NCBI GenBank assembly: GCA_017409345.1
Contig: JAFQSX010000008.1
Span: 6,982-70,981, forward strand
DNA: 64,000 nt
From: Muribaculaceae bacterium
GTDB taxonomy: Bacteria; Bacteroidota; Bacteroidia; Bacteroidales; Muribaculaceae
Direction: 5' to 3'
The notes under the pieces are model-generated. The model was not told where the DNA came from and did no database searches. It was given only the letters and a program-made list of their open reading frames with translations. A program made the translations under genes and the position numbers. The stretch's first letter is position 1; each line of letters begins with the position of its first letter. Positions 47,142 to 57,555 of the stretch are shown here, in pieces.

Positions 47142-48230
47142 ATGCATTACATGATGATATTATTGCCCATCGTTTATTTATTGGGTAATGGTTATATATT
47201 CTGGCGATTGTGGCCTATGATGTCGGCAATGCCCATTTGGGGCAAGGTTGCTTGCTCAATAATATTTTGGATAGTGGCATTATTGCTTGTAATCACGATA
47301 TTAATGCGAGAAGTAACGCTTCCCCAATGGTTGAGTCGTGCAATGTTTTCCGTCGGTTCCACTTGGGTGGTTGCAGTGCTTTATATGATGATATTTCTTG
47401 CTATTACCGACATTGTAAAACTATTTCTACCATCATTTAGTTACGGATTTGTAAGCGCATTGGGGGCTACTGTGTTGTTGCTTTGCTATGGATATATCAA
47501 CTATCGTAGTCCAAAAGTGGAGACGATTAATATTGCAATCGACAAACCTCTTTCATGCGATTCGTTGAAGATTGTTGCCGTCAGCGACATACACTTGGGG
47601 CTTGGCACCGGAAAGACAGCGGCAGGTCGATATGTGGAGTTGATTAATGCACAACATCCCGATGTGGTATTAATCGCCGGCGACTTAATTGACAATAGCA
47701 TCAAACCGGTAGAGGCCGACCATCTTGAAGAAGAACTTAATGCCATTAATGCCCCTATGGGAGTATATCTTGTTCCCGGCAATCACGAGTATATCAGTGG
47801 CATTGAGGATTGTGAGCGTTTCTTGAAAAAGACTCAAATCGTCCTACTCAAAGACTCTATTATCACTCTTCCTTGTGGATTACAGATTATAGGTCGAGAT
47901 GATCGCATGAATCGCCGACGCAAGCCACTGACTCATATTATGGAACTTGCCGATGTGAGAAAACCCGTTATCATGCTCGATCATCAGCCTTATGAGATTG
48001 CAAAAAAAGACTCATTGGGCGTTGACATTCAGATAAGCGGGCACACTCATCGTGGACAAGTGTGGCCGTTGAACATTTTGGTTGACAATTTATATGAACA
48101 AAGTCACGGATATAAGAAATGGAACAATTCACATGTATATGTGTCAAGTGGATTATCACTTTGGGGACCTCCATTTCGTATCGGCACAAATAGCGACATG
48201 GCTATTATTGTAATCAAATCAAAGAAATAA
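47142..48230 (+). CDS. membrane-anchored metallophosphoesterase
   Basis: 362 aa. About 4 N-terminal TM segments are followed by the calcineurin-like motifs VSDIHLG, GDLID, GNHE and GHTHRGQ. Confidence 0.85.
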   Translation: MHYMMILLPIVYLLGNGYIFWRLWPMMSAMPIWGKVACSIIFWIVALLLVITILMREVTLPQWLSRAMFSVGSTWVVAVLYMMIFLAITDIVKLFLPSFSYGFVSALGATVLLLCYGYINYRSPKVETINIAIDKPLSCDSLKIVAVSDIHLGLGTGKTAAGRYVELINAQHPDVVLIAGDLIDNSIKPVEADHLEEELNAINAPMGVYLVPGNHEYISGIEDCERFLKKTQIVLLKDSIITLPCGLQIIGRDDRMNRRRKPLTHIMELADVRKPVIMLDHQPYEIAKKDSLGVDIQISGHTHRGQVWPLNILVDNLYEQSHGYKKWNNSHVYVSSGLSLWGPPFRIGTNSDMAIIVIKSKK

Positions 48231-48324
48231 TATCATGCTCAAAATCACCACTTCTACCACATTTTTCTTTCACAACATCGTTGGTTTTAAGAATTTATAA
48301 GTTTGACATTTGGGATATTATATG

Positions 48325-48332
48325 TAACTTTG
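48325..48332 (+). promoter_or_regulatory. -7 promoter motif TAACTTTG
   Basis: TAnnTTTG about 63 nt upstream of the MBOAT start. Confidence 0.45.
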
Positions 48333-48394
48333 CGCCTTAATTGTGTAAAACGACAAGACCATATCTCATTTTGGTCTTATTTTTTGTTTAGATA

Positions 48395-49840
48395 ATGGTA
48401 TTTTCCGACCTTTTTTTCTTATTTGTATTCATTCCTGCATTTGCATTATGCTATCTGCTTGCAACAATAATTGATCGCAAACTCCTATCAAGCCCGACGC
48501 ATCGCAGTTGCTTATCAAAAAACATCATCATCGTATTATTCTCCCTCATATTCTATGGATGGGGAGAACCGATATATGTTTTTCTGATGATTCTATGCGT
48601 TCTTTTTAACTATTTAAGCGGGCTTGGTATTGACCGATTTAATGGCCGAGCAAGAAAAACGGCATTAGTTATAGGTCTCATTTGTAATATTGCAATACTC
48701 GGAGTGTTTAAATACGCTGATTTTTTTGCACAAATATTATGTGACATAGGTCTATCTATACCGAAACCTAATATCTCACTTCCTATCGGCATCAGTTTTT
48801 ACACATTCCAATCCATGTCATATCTCATTGATGTGTATCGCAAAGAATCTCCGGCACAACGCCACTTCGGTAATCTTCTGTTATACATCTCAATGTTCCC
48901 TCAACTCGTTGCCGGACCCATTGTGCGATACGACACCATTGCTCGCGAAATCAATAATCGAAAAGTGACGCTCAATGATGTTACGGATGGCACATATCGT
49001 TTCCTTATCGGTCTTGGAAAAAAGGTTATCATCGCCAATCAATTTTCAGAACTTGCCGACCAATTCCTACTTAATGGGATTAACAATCTCTCTACAGCCG
49101 GAGCATGGATAGGTATTATCGCATTTACGTTCCAAATATATTTTGACTTCTCAGGCTACTCCGACATGGCAATAGGAATGGGACGTTGCATGGGATTTCA
49201 TTTCAACGAAAACTTCAACCATCCATATTGTTGTAACTCTATAACCGACTTTTGGCGTCGCTGGCACATATCGTTAGGGAGTTTCTTTCGCGACTATGTA
49301 TATATTCCACTTGGAGGCAATCGTCATCATCAAGTGATTAACATTTTAATCGTATGGTTTCTTACCGGGATGTGGCATGGAGCAAGTTGGAATTTCATCC
49401 TATGGGGTGTATATTTCGGCATAATTGTTATGTTAGAAAAATATACACTACTACGCGTCATTAATAAGATTCCCGCTCCGTTTCTACACCTATACAGTTT
49501 GACGATAGTTGTCTTTGGATGGGGTTTATTCTATTTTGAGTCACTTGACAATCTGCACATCTTCGTTAATTCCTTCTTTGGCAACACTACGATTGCTTCT
49601 GACATAGTCGAAGAAAGTGCATTTTTCAACAATTTTTGGCTGTGGATTGTGGCTATAATATTTAGTATGCCCACCCGCACATACGCCTCTAACCTACTCT
49701 CACGTAGCATCAGCAACGAAAATGCAGTGGCATGGGTAAGACTCTCTTCTCGAATTGTAATTTCTTTATCAATACTCATTTTAAGTGTGGCACTTCTTGT
49801 TGGTGCTACAAATAATGCTTTTATTTACACACGATTCTAA
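48395..49840 (+). CDS. MBOAT-family O-acyltransferase (AlgI/DltB/PatA-like)
   Basis: 481-aa polytopic protein with the FWRRWHISLGSFFRDYVYIPLGGNR catalytic His region. Confidence 0.88.
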   Translation: MVFSDLFFLFVFIPAFALCYLLATIIDRKLLSSPTHRSCLSKNIIIVLFSLIFYGWGEPIYVFLMILCVLFNYLSGLGIDRFNGRARKTALVIGLICNIAILGVFKYADFFAQILCDIGLSIPKPNISLPIGISFYTFQSMSYLIDVYRKESPAQRHFGNLLLYISMFPQLVAGPIVRYDTIAREINNRKVTLNDVTDGTYRFLIGLGKKVIIANQFSELADQFLLNGINNLSTAGAWIGIIAFTFQIYFDFSGYSDMAIGMGRCMGFHFNENFNHPYCCNSITDFWRRWHISLGSFFRDYVYIPLGGNRHHQVINILIVWFLTGMWHGASWNFILWGVYFGIIVMLEKYTLLRVINKIPAPFLHLYSLTIVVFGWGLFYFESLDNLHIFVNSFFGNTTIASDIVEESAFFNNFWLWIVAIIFSMPTRTYASNLLSRSISNENAVAWVRLSSRIVISLSILILSVALLVGATNNAFIYTRF

Positions 49841-49855
49841 AACTCTACAACATTT

Positions 49856-50911
49856 ATGAAATTAATTAAAAACATCGCATCAATAGTATTATTTGCATCA
49901 ATAGCATGCATCAATGCCTCGGCACAAGAAAAAATCACTTGCCATGTGGAAGAATATATAAATACAGTCAATCGCCATGCATCGGCTCGCAAAACTCGCA
50001 CCGGAGTAATACTTGTTGGCAGTGTTGACACAGTTAGAGCCTTTAATGGGTTTGGCACTACTAAAGCCAACGCTATTGCTTATGCCGAATGTGCCAACCT
50101 CTACAAGCACACTTTTGGTGACACCGTAAACATATATCTCACAGCAATTCCCACTGCTGTTGCGTTCTATTGTCCCGACGCAGCAAAAGAATGGACCAGC
50201 AGTCAAGCCGATGCTCTCAACATCATGTTTGAAGCACTTGACCCGGGAGTCGTTCCGGTTGACATGTATACCATTTTAGGACAACATGCTCATGAGCCTA
50301 TCTATTCTCGCACCGACCACCATTGGTCACCTCTTGGCGGTTATTATGCAGCAAAGGCTTTTGCCGAAGCAGCCTACGTGCCATTCAAAGATTTATCTCA
50401 CTACGAAGAAGTTGTCATTCCCGACTATGTAGGAACGATGTATATGTATTCTAAAGACTCCTCGGTAAAACGATCTCCCGAAGACTTTGTATATTACAAA
50501 CCTCAAGGTATTGACTACACCACAACCTATATCACTTACACTCTCGATAAAAGTCGTAAAAACATCATAAAAGAGAGCAAACCTCACCAAGGCGATTTCT
50601 TCCTCAACTTCAAGGGTGCAAGTTCTTATTGTACTTTTATGGGTGGCGACAGCAAAATTACTCAAATAAAAACACCTACTGACAATGGACGCCGATTAGT
50701 CATCATCAAAGATAGTTTCGGCAATGCTCTCCCCGGATACCTATTCTACTCTTTTGAGCAGATTCATGTACTCGATTATCGCTATTTCAACAAGAATCTA
50801 AAAGACTATGTGAGCGAGCATGGCATTACCGACATATTGCTTGCCAACAACATATCTTTTGCTTGTGCGCCAAAAGCAGTTAACGCCTACAAGCGTTTCC
50901 TTGAGCAATAA
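49856..50911 (+). CDS. DHHW-family protein (AlgJ/AlgX-like), signal-peptide form
   Basis: 351 aa with a signal peptide (...CINASAQ), RTDHHWSPLG and a KDSFGN motif. Confidence 0.8.
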   Translation: MKLIKNIASIVLFASIACINASAQEKITCHVEEYINTVNRHASARKTRTGVILVGSVDTVRAFNGFGTTKANAIAYAECANLYKHTFGDTVNIYLTAIPTAVAFYCPDAAKEWTSSQADALNIMFEALDPGVVPVDMYTILGQHAHEPIYSRTDHHWSPLGGYYAAKAFAEAAYVPFKDLSHYEEVVIPDYVGTMYMYSKDSSVKRSPEDFVYYKPQGIDYTTTYITYTLDKSRKNIIKESKPHQGDFFLNFKGASSYCTFMGGDSKITQIKTPTDNGRRLVIIKDSFGNALPGYLFYSFEQIHVLDYRYFNKNLKDYVSEHGITDILLANNISFACAPKAVNAYKRFLEQ

Positions 50912-50931
50912 CACTCCTTCTTTTTCTCATA

Positions 50932-52347
50932 ATGAAACAGACTCAAAACATTATATATCTCATTTTATTGGTTACAATAGTAGCCTTATTTACTATTGTA
51001 TTTAACTTCTTCCCTCGAAGCACTGTTTCCGAACTGGAAAATCGCGAACTTGCCAAATGCCCCGATTTTTCATGGAAAAATCTCAAGTCAGGTAAACTCA
51101 TGGCCGACATTTCATCATGGTATAGTGATAGCGAACCTTATCGTGACCTATTTATGACCTTGAGCATGGAAGTTGACAAAGCAAAAAGACTAAATCTATC
51201 AACTTCGGAAGAAGAGGAAATTACATTCCTTGCCGGAGATAGCGAAACTACTACAAATGACAAGCAAGACACGACCAATGTTGATTCTTCTACAACAAAA
51301 ATGAATGTGGAGGACAAAGCAAAGATTGCTAATGCCGGTATTGTCCTTGTTGGTTCAGAGCCAAATGTCAGAGCGCTCATGGCTTATGCCGGAGCACCAA
51401 GTGCATGCAACTCATTTGCTGATGTGGCTAATAAATATAGAAAAGAATTTGGACCCGAAGTCAACATTTATTGCATGATTATCCCCACTGCAGTTGAATT
51501 TTATTGTCCCGAAAAAGCCAAAAGCAGAATGAGATCACAACTTGCAACAATTAATCAAGCCTATGCTCGACTTGACTCCGGAGTAAGAGCCATTGATGTT
51601 TATACCCCACTTTCTCAACACACTAACGAAGATATATACCTTCGCACCGACCACCATTGGTCGCCTCTTGGTGCATATTACGCTGCTCAAGCCATCGCTC
51701 AAACTGCAGGTCTTCCGTTTCGCGATCTTTCACATTATGACCGACATGTAGTAAAAGGCTATGTCGGGTCAATGCATCGTTACTCCAAAGATATCTCCGT
51801 AAAAAACTCTCCCGAAGATTTCGTGTACTACACACCTCGTGACATTGATTACAACACCACCTACATTAATTATCGTATTGATAAAAATTACAACGTAGAG
51901 AGCGAAGGGAAACCGGTAAAAGGCCAATTCTTCTACAAATTTAAAGATGGTTCAGGCGGGGCTTACTGCACATTTATGGGTGGCGATAGCAAAATTACTC
52001 AAATCAGAACTGCGACTAAAAACGGGCGTCGCATGGTGCTATTAAAAGATAGTTATGGTAACCCCATATCTTCATATTTATTCTTCACATTTGAAGAAAT
52101 TCACATCATTGACTCTCGATATTTTACTCGCAATCTCAAAACGTATGTAAGCGAAAACAATATTACCGACATTATTCTCGGCAACAACATCACTTTTGCT
52201 TGCTCATATAAAACAATAAACGCATATAAAGAGTTCCTCACTCAACAACCGGGCAAAACCACTAAGTCAAGTAACAAAGAACGAATCGATCGCAATGAAA
52301 AAGCAATTAGCAACAATCTTAACCCATCAATCGATTCTGTAAAATGA
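50932..52347 (+). CDS. DHHW-family protein (AlgJ/AlgX-like), membrane-anchored form with an acidic/Thr-rich linker
   Basis: 471 aa with an N-terminal TM segment, the linker STSEEEEITFLAGDSETTTNDKQDTTNVDSSTT, RTDHHWSPLG and KDSYGN. It is roughly 55-60% identical by eye to the upstream paralogue over the C-terminal 300 aa. Confidence 0.8.
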   Translation: MKQTQNIIYLILLVTIVALFTIVFNFFPRSTVSELENRELAKCPDFSWKNLKSGKLMADISSWYSDSEPYRDLFMTLSMEVDKAKRLNLSTSEEEEITFLAGDSETTTNDKQDTTNVDSSTTKMNVEDKAKIANAGIVLVGSEPNVRALMAYAGAPSACNSFADVANKYRKEFGPEVNIYCMIIPTAVEFYCPEKAKSRMRSQLATINQAYARLDSGVRAIDVYTPLSQHTNEDIYLRTDHHWSPLGAYYAAQAIAQTAGLPFRDLSHYDRHVVKGYVGSMHRYSKDISVKNSPEDFVYYTPRDIDYNTTYINYRIDKNYNVESEGKPVKGQFFYKFKDGSGGAYCTFMGGDSKITQIRTATKNGRRMVLLKDSYGNPISSYLFFTFEEIHIIDSRYFTRNLKTYVSENNITDIILGNNITFACSYKTINAYKEFLTQQPGKTTKSSNKERIDRNEKAISNNLNPSIDSVK

Positions 52348-52391
52348 CATCCTCACTATAACTGTGATTTTTTATCCTCAATTATAATACA

Positions 52392-52423
52392 AAACGGCAT
52401 TACTTTATAGGGTAATGCCGTTT
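52392..52423. terminator. bidirectional terminator
   Basis: aaacggcattac / gtaatgccgttt form a 12-bp stem between convergent genes. Confidence 0.7.
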
Positions 52424-52443
52424 ATATTATATATCAAAACTAA

Positions 52444-54282
52444 TTATAATCTCTCACATTCTTTAATCCACATGGCCGAAGATGCATCTGATGGCATATG
52501 CCAACCTCCTCGTGGAGATAGGCTCAATCCACACACACTCGGTCCATCGGGCATACATGAGCGTTTAAATTGTTGATTGAAGAATCGACGAATAAATGTC
52601 ATGAGCCACATCTTAATTGTCGCATCATCATATACCCCCACAAATGCCTGTTGTGCCAATGCATATATGCGCGTTGGTCCATATCCATAACGCAATATAT
52701 AATACAAGAAAAAGTCGTGCAATTCATAAGGTCCTACGAGGTCTTCAGTATTTTGTTTTATATTACCATCTTCATCGGCAGGCACAAGTTCGGGACTGAT
52801 AGGTGTATCAATCACATCAACCAACGCTCTGCGACAAGTTTCATCCTCTTCAGCATCGGCTATCCATTTAACTAATCGGCGCACCAACGTTTTGGGCACA
52901 CCGGCATTAATTCCATACATCGACATGTGATCACCATTATATGTAGCCCATCCAAGAGCCAACTCCGACATATCTCCGGTACCAAGCACCATACCTCCCA
53001 CTTGATTTGCGATATCCATCAATATCTGTGTGCGTTCACGTGCTTGAGAATTCTCATAGGTAATATCATGTACCGACACATCATGTTCTATATCTGAAAA
53101 ATGTTGTGTTACGGCATTCACTATCGATATTTCTCGCATGGTAATGCCAAGCGAGCGCATCATCACAAGTGCATTATTATAGGTGCGATCGGTTGTACCG
53201 AATCCCGGCATAGTTACTCCTATAATACCTTTGCGATCAAGCCCCATGCGATCAAATGTTTTTACTGCAACAAGCAATGCAAGGGTTGAATCAAGACCTC
53301 CCGAAATTCCTATAACCAAATTTTTGCAACGAGTCACCTCCAATCGGCGCATTAATGCCATTATTTGGATGCTCACTGCATCACTACAATAACTATCGAC
53401 ATGTTCTTCAGTAGGTATATAAGGGTTGGCATAAACCACATCAGTATCTTCCGATGTTTCGTTATCTTCAACATATTCCTCCTCTACTTTTGTACGACTC
53501 TTCCCGGCTTCAGCAACAACAACTTGTTCATCTGTCTGCCAACGACGATTTTTTGCCAACAAGTCACCCTCTTGGGCTATAATTGCCTTTCCATCATATA
53601 CATTATCAGTAGTAGATTCGCCATAACCGGCACCTGAATATATATATGTTGCCCAACGATTTGCCGATTGTTGCTTAATCGCTTTTATGTGATTATCATA
53701 CTCTCCCATCGCCTCTTTACGAGCTCCAAGATGAGCAATAACCAATTCCTCTATACGATTTATTTGTAATAATTCCGAAATAGGAGAACTATAATATTCG
53801 CCAACAATAATTGCAATATTAGCACCTACCAATGGGATGACTTGGTTACTAACCATCAACACATTCCATTTGGCTATCGTTACAACTGCTTCTACATTTC
53901 CTCCCGAAACAAAACAGCCATTTCGATCACAATCATTTTTAGGGACCGCCGCAACTATTTCTCCATGCGAAATAAGCACTCCACAGTTATACAAATTATT
54001 ATCGTGACTCACTACCGCCCCTACGACAACTGCCATATCCCAAGATTCTGATTCATCGGCAATACGAGCCAACGATTGGTAGCAATTATCTATCAATACT
54101 TCCGACCGGAATAAATCACCACATGTGCTTCCTGTTATTGACAATTCAGGGAATACGGCCAACCGCACTCCTTGTGCATTTAATTTCTTACAAATGTCAA
54201 TAATACTATCAGTATTATAATCGCAATCGGCAACCTTTACCCTTGGCACCGCAGCGGCTACTTTATAAAATTCTTGATTCAT
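52444..54282 (-). CDS. nadE: glutamine-dependent NAD+ synthetase
   Basis: The ATG at 54282 (MNQEFYKVAAAVPRVKV) is preferred. An N-terminal nitrilase-like domain is followed by the SGGLDS PP-loop synthetase domain. Confidence 0.9.
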   Translation of the reverse strand: MNQEFYKVAAAVPRVKVADCDYNTDSIIDICKKLNAQGVRLAVFPELSITGSTCGDLFRSEVLIDNCYQSLARIADESESWDMAVVVGAVVSHDNNLYNCGVLISHGEIVAAVPKNDCDRNGCFVSGGNVEAVVTIAKWNVLMVSNQVIPLVGANIAIIVGEYYSSPISELLQINRIEELVIAHLGARKEAMGEYDNHIKAIKQQSANRWATYIYSGAGYGESTTDNVYDGKAIIAQEGDLLAKNRRWQTDEQVVVAEAGKSRTKVEEEYVEDNETSEDTDVVYANPYIPTEEHVDSYCSDAVSIQIMALMRRLEVTRCKNLVIGISGGLDSTLALLVAVKTFDRMGLDRKGIIGVTMPGFGTTDRTYNNALVMMRSLGITMREISIVNAVTQHFSDIEHDVSVHDITYENSQARERTQILMDIANQVGGMVLGTGDMSELALGWATYNGDHMSMYGINAGVPKTLVRRLVKWIADAEEDETCRRALVDVIDTPISPELVPADEDGNIKQNTEDLVGPYELHDFFLYYILRYGYGPTRIYALAQQAFVGVYDDATIKMWLMTFIRRFFNQQFKRSCMPDGPSVCGLSLSPRGGWHMPSDASSAMWIKECERL

Positions 54283-54342
54283 ATAATGCAGTTTTATTTT
54301 ACAAATATAACCAAATTTCATCAACAAATACAATTATTTCAC

Positions 54343-54350
54343 TACCTTTG
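54343..54350 (+). promoter_or_regulatory. -7 promoter motif TACCTTTG
   Basis: TAnnTTTG 32 nt upstream of the 54382 start. Confidence 0.45.
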
Positions 54351-54381
54351 TTATTATTCAACCTAATTTATAATATTTATT

Positions 54382-55152
54382 ATGAAAAAATCGGTAATAG
54401 CATCTGCTTTAATGCTAATCATATCTACTCAGTTGATTAACGCTGTTACTTTTGAGAAAATCAGTGGTAAAAGAACTTTCTATATGCCCAATTTATCAAC
54501 GATAATGGAAGAAAAGGCCTACGAGGTCCATTCTTTTGAATTTGATTTTCCATTTGATGGGTCTAACGCTTTAAAAAAGCATATTCTCCTTGAAGTATTT
54601 GGGAATAAGGTTGGCAATACTTCTTCGGTCAATTATGCTACTGATAAATTCCTTAACACATTTCTTGATGAAGAGTCAAATGACCGTCCTCAATTAATAT
54701 CTTACACTCCCGAAGATAGTTGGGCTATACAACAAGTGAATGCCGAAGGAAAATTAATATCGCAAAACTCCAACCTTATTGTTTACGAAGCCCAAAGTTA
54801 TATTTATTTTGCAGGAGCCGCTCATGGCATGTATAGCGTTTCATATCTAAATTACTATATACCATCCAATAAAGCATTAAAAGACACCGACCTCCTATTA
54901 AAATCAAAGAAGTCACTCATCGACAAAGCCGTGCGTCGCAATGCTCGCAAAATTGCCGATGCGCTATATAATCCCAATGATTTTAGTGGAATCGAATATT
55001 CCGAGACTTTCTATATTTCAAACAAAGGTATCACTTTCGTTTACCAACCATATGAAATTGGGCCATATTCCTCGGGCACTATCGAGATTACAGTTCCTAA
55101 AAGCCAACTAATAGGTTGTCTTACCACTCTTGGCAATAAATTGATTAAATAA
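54382..55152 (+). CDS. DUF3298/RsiV-like secreted protein
   Basis: 256 aa with a signal peptide and the C-terminal FVYQPYEIGPYSSGTIEITVP signature of the DUF3298 (RsiV/PdaC) fold. Confidence 0.65.
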   Translation: MKKSVIASALMLIISTQLINAVTFEKISGKRTFYMPNLSTIMEEKAYEVHSFEFDFPFDGSNALKKHILLEVFGNKVGNTSSVNYATDKFLNTFLDEESNDRPQLISYTPEDSWAIQQVNAEGKLISQNSNLIVYEAQSYIYFAGAAHGMYSVSYLNYYIPSNKALKDTDLLLKSKKSLIDKAVRRNARKIADALYNPNDFSGIEYSETFYISNKGITFVYQPYEIGPYSSGTIEITVPKSQLIGCLTTLGNKLIK

Positions 55153-55177
55153 TATATTCTAATTATTAATTATACCA

Positions 55178-55215
55178 AACTGCTCGGCCACATAGAGCCG
55201 GGCAGTTTTCCTTTT
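55178..55215 (+). terminator. rho-independent terminator
   Basis: aactgctcggc / gccgggcagtt form the stem with one G-U pair, followed by ttcctttt. Confidence 0.55.
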
Positions 55216-55230
55216 CTCATTACTTTTGTG

Positions 55231-55238
55231 TAACTTTG
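55231..55238 (+). promoter_or_regulatory. -7 promoter motif TAACTTTG
   Basis: TAnnTTTG 38 nt upstream of the tsaD start. A second match, TACTTTTG, lies at 55221..55228. Confidence 0.45.
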
Positions 55239-55275
55239 CATCATTATTCACATCAACAGACAATAATAAAAGGTT

Positions 55276-56292
55276 ATGAGCACTATAATATTAGGTATAG
55301 AGTCATCGTGTGACGACACTAGCGCAGCAATCATTAAAGATGGAATACTTCTATCAAATGTAATTGCCAGTCAAAGCGTTCATGAAGAATATGGAGGCGT
55401 TGTTCCCGAATTGGCTTCTCGCGCTCACCAACAAAACATCGTACCGGTAGTTGATACTGCTATTAAACGTGCCGGAATTGAAAAAAGCGACCTCAGTGCC
55501 ATTGCTTTCACCCGTGGCCCTGGCTTGCTCGGCTCTCTATTAGTGGGTACCTCATTTGCCAAAGGGTTGTCACTCGGATTGCGAATCCCAATTGTTGATG
55601 TAAACCACCTTCACGGGCATGTCCTTTCGCATTTTATTCGTCGCAACCCTGACGATGTCGTTCCAGAGTACCCATTCATCTGCCTTCTCATTTCGGGTGG
55701 TAACTCACAAATAATTCTCGTAAAAAACTATAACGACATGGAGGTACTTGGTCAAACGATTGACGATGCTGCCGGCGAAGCATTCGACAAATGCGCCAAA
55801 GTGATGGGACTACCCTATCCCGGAGGGCCACACATCGACCGTCTTGCTGCCGAAGGTGATGCTACGCGTTTCAAATTCTCAAAGCCTCACATTCCCGAAC
55901 TCAATTACAGTTTTAGCGGACTCAAAACATCATTCCTTTACACCTTGCGCGATGCCAAAAAGCTCGACCCCGACTTTATCGAAAAAAACAAAGCCGACCT
56001 CGCGGCATCATTACAACGCACAATCATCGAAATTCTTCTTGATAAACTCAAAAAAACCGTAGATCTCACCGGTGTAAAAACTGTAGCAATAGGTGGTGGC
56101 GTATCAGCCAATTCAGGCGTGAGACAAGCCATTGCCGACTACTGCGCAAGACGTGGACTGAAAGCCTTCATTCCCGAACGAGCCTTCACCACCGACAATG
56201 CCGCCATGGTAGCCATTGCCGGCTACTATAAATACCTCGCCGGCGACTTCTGCCACTACGACGAAGTCCCCTACGCACGCATAACAATATAA
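55276..56292 (+). CDS. tsaD: tRNA N6-adenosine threonylcarbamoyltransferase
   Basis: 338 aa with ILGIESSCDDTSAA, VNHLHGH and GGGVSANS. Confidence 0.95.
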   Translation: MSTIILGIESSCDDTSAAIIKDGILLSNVIASQSVHEEYGGVVPELASRAHQQNIVPVVDTAIKRAGIEKSDLSAIAFTRGPGLLGSLLVGTSFAKGLSLGLRIPIVDVNHLHGHVLSHFIRRNPDDVVPEYPFICLLISGGNSQIILVKNYNDMEVLGQTIDDAAGEAFDKCAKVMGLPYPGGPHIDRLAAEGDATRFKFSKPHIPELNYSFSGLKTSFLYTLRDAKKLDPDFIEKNKADLAASLQRTIIEILLDKLKKTVDLTGVKTVAIGGGVSANSGVRQAIADYCARRGLKAFIPERAFTTDNAAMVAIAGYYKYLAGDFCHYDEVPYARITI

Positions 56293-56310
56293 TTTAAGTT
56301 GAGAATTCAG

Positions 56311-57555
56311 ATGAACGTTTCAATTATAGTTATTGGTGATGAGATTCTCATCGGACAGGTTATAGATACTAACTCGGGTGACATTGCTCGCATGATAGAG
56401 CCATGTGGGTGGCATGTTAATGATGTGCAAGTTGTTGGAGATAATGCCTCCCATATTTTACAGGCCATTGATCGAGCATTTGAATCGAGCGATGTGGTAC
56501 TTACCACTGGCGGACTTGGCCCTACAAAAGATGACCTCACCAAAACAACCCTTTGCCAATATTTCGGAGGGGAGCTATATGAAAATGCCGATGTACTTGA
56601 GAACGTAAAAGAAGTAGTTGCTAAACGAGGGTTGAAACTCAACGACCTCACTGCAGCTCAAGCCATCGTTCCGTCGTCATGCAAAGTAATTCAAAACCGA
56701 GTAGGCACGGCACCACTTATGTGGTTTGAGAAAGATGCAAAAGTTCTTATCGCAATGCCGGGCGTCCCTTTTGAGACTCAACAAATGTTTCGCGAGGCAG
56801 TGTTGCCTTTGTTATTAGAAAAATATAACAGCAATACCTCTATCGAACATCGCACACTACTCATAACCGGATGGAGTGAATCACGCCTAGCAATGGAAAT
56901 AAACGATTGGGAAGATGCCCTACCCTCATATATTCACCTTGCATATCTGCCCAAACCGGGATTGATACGTTTGCGACTCGACGGCACTCATTCCGACAAC
57001 GACTTTATCAATAAAGAACTTGATAAATATAGAGATGAACTAATCGCTCGCTTTGGCAAAGATGTATTGCACCCCGACGATCTCACCCCACCTGAAATAT
57101 TATTACACCACCTCAACCGATTAGGCCTCACCATTGCCACAGCCGAAAGTTGCACCGGAGGAAACATAGCCCATCAAATAACAAGCATTGCCGGCAGTTC
57201 ATCAGCCTTTATGGGAAGTATCGTGGCTTATAGCAACGATGTGAAACATCGCGTATTGGGCGTACACAACGAAACACTCGATACTTATGGTGCAGTGAGC
57301 CTACAAACAGTTGAAGAGATGGCACAAGGCGCATGCAATGTCATCGGCACCGATTGCGCCATTGTCACATCGGGCATTGCAGGCCCCGGAGGAGGGACAC
57401 CCGACAAACCTGTGGGAACTGTATGCATTGCCGTTAAATCTCCCCGTGGAATTGTCTCTGCTGTTCACCATTTCCCAGGCAATCGTAGCCGAGTAATTGA
57501 CCGAGCCACAACAACCGCAATAATTTCACTCATACACGAATTAAAAAAGATTTAA
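56311..57555 (+). CDS. cinA: CinA-family protein (MoCF-like domain plus nicotinamide-nucleotide amidase domain)
   Basis: The ATG at 56311 (MNVSIIVIGDEILIGQ) is preferred; the track start at 56299 is a TTG. The protein contains TTGGLGPTKDD and a C-terminal ESCTGG domain. Confidence 0.9.
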   Translation: MNVSIIVIGDEILIGQVIDTNSGDIARMIEPCGWHVNDVQVVGDNASHILQAIDRAFESSDVVLTTGGLGPTKDDLTKTTLCQYFGGELYENADVLENVKEVVAKRGLKLNDLTAAQAIVPSSCKVIQNRVGTAPLMWFEKDAKVLIAMPGVPFETQQMFREAVLPLLLEKYNSNTSIEHRTLLITGWSESRLAMEINDWEDALPSYIHLAYLPKPGLIRLRLDGTHSDNDFINKELDKYRDELIARFGKDVLHPDDLTPPEILLHHLNRLGLTIATAESCTGGNIAHQITSIAGSSSAFMGSIVAYSNDVKHRVLGVHNETLDTYGAVSLQTVEEMAQGACNVIGTDCAIVTSGIAGPGGGTPDKPVGTVCIAVKSPRGIVSAVHHFPGNRSRVIDRATTTAIISLIHELKKI

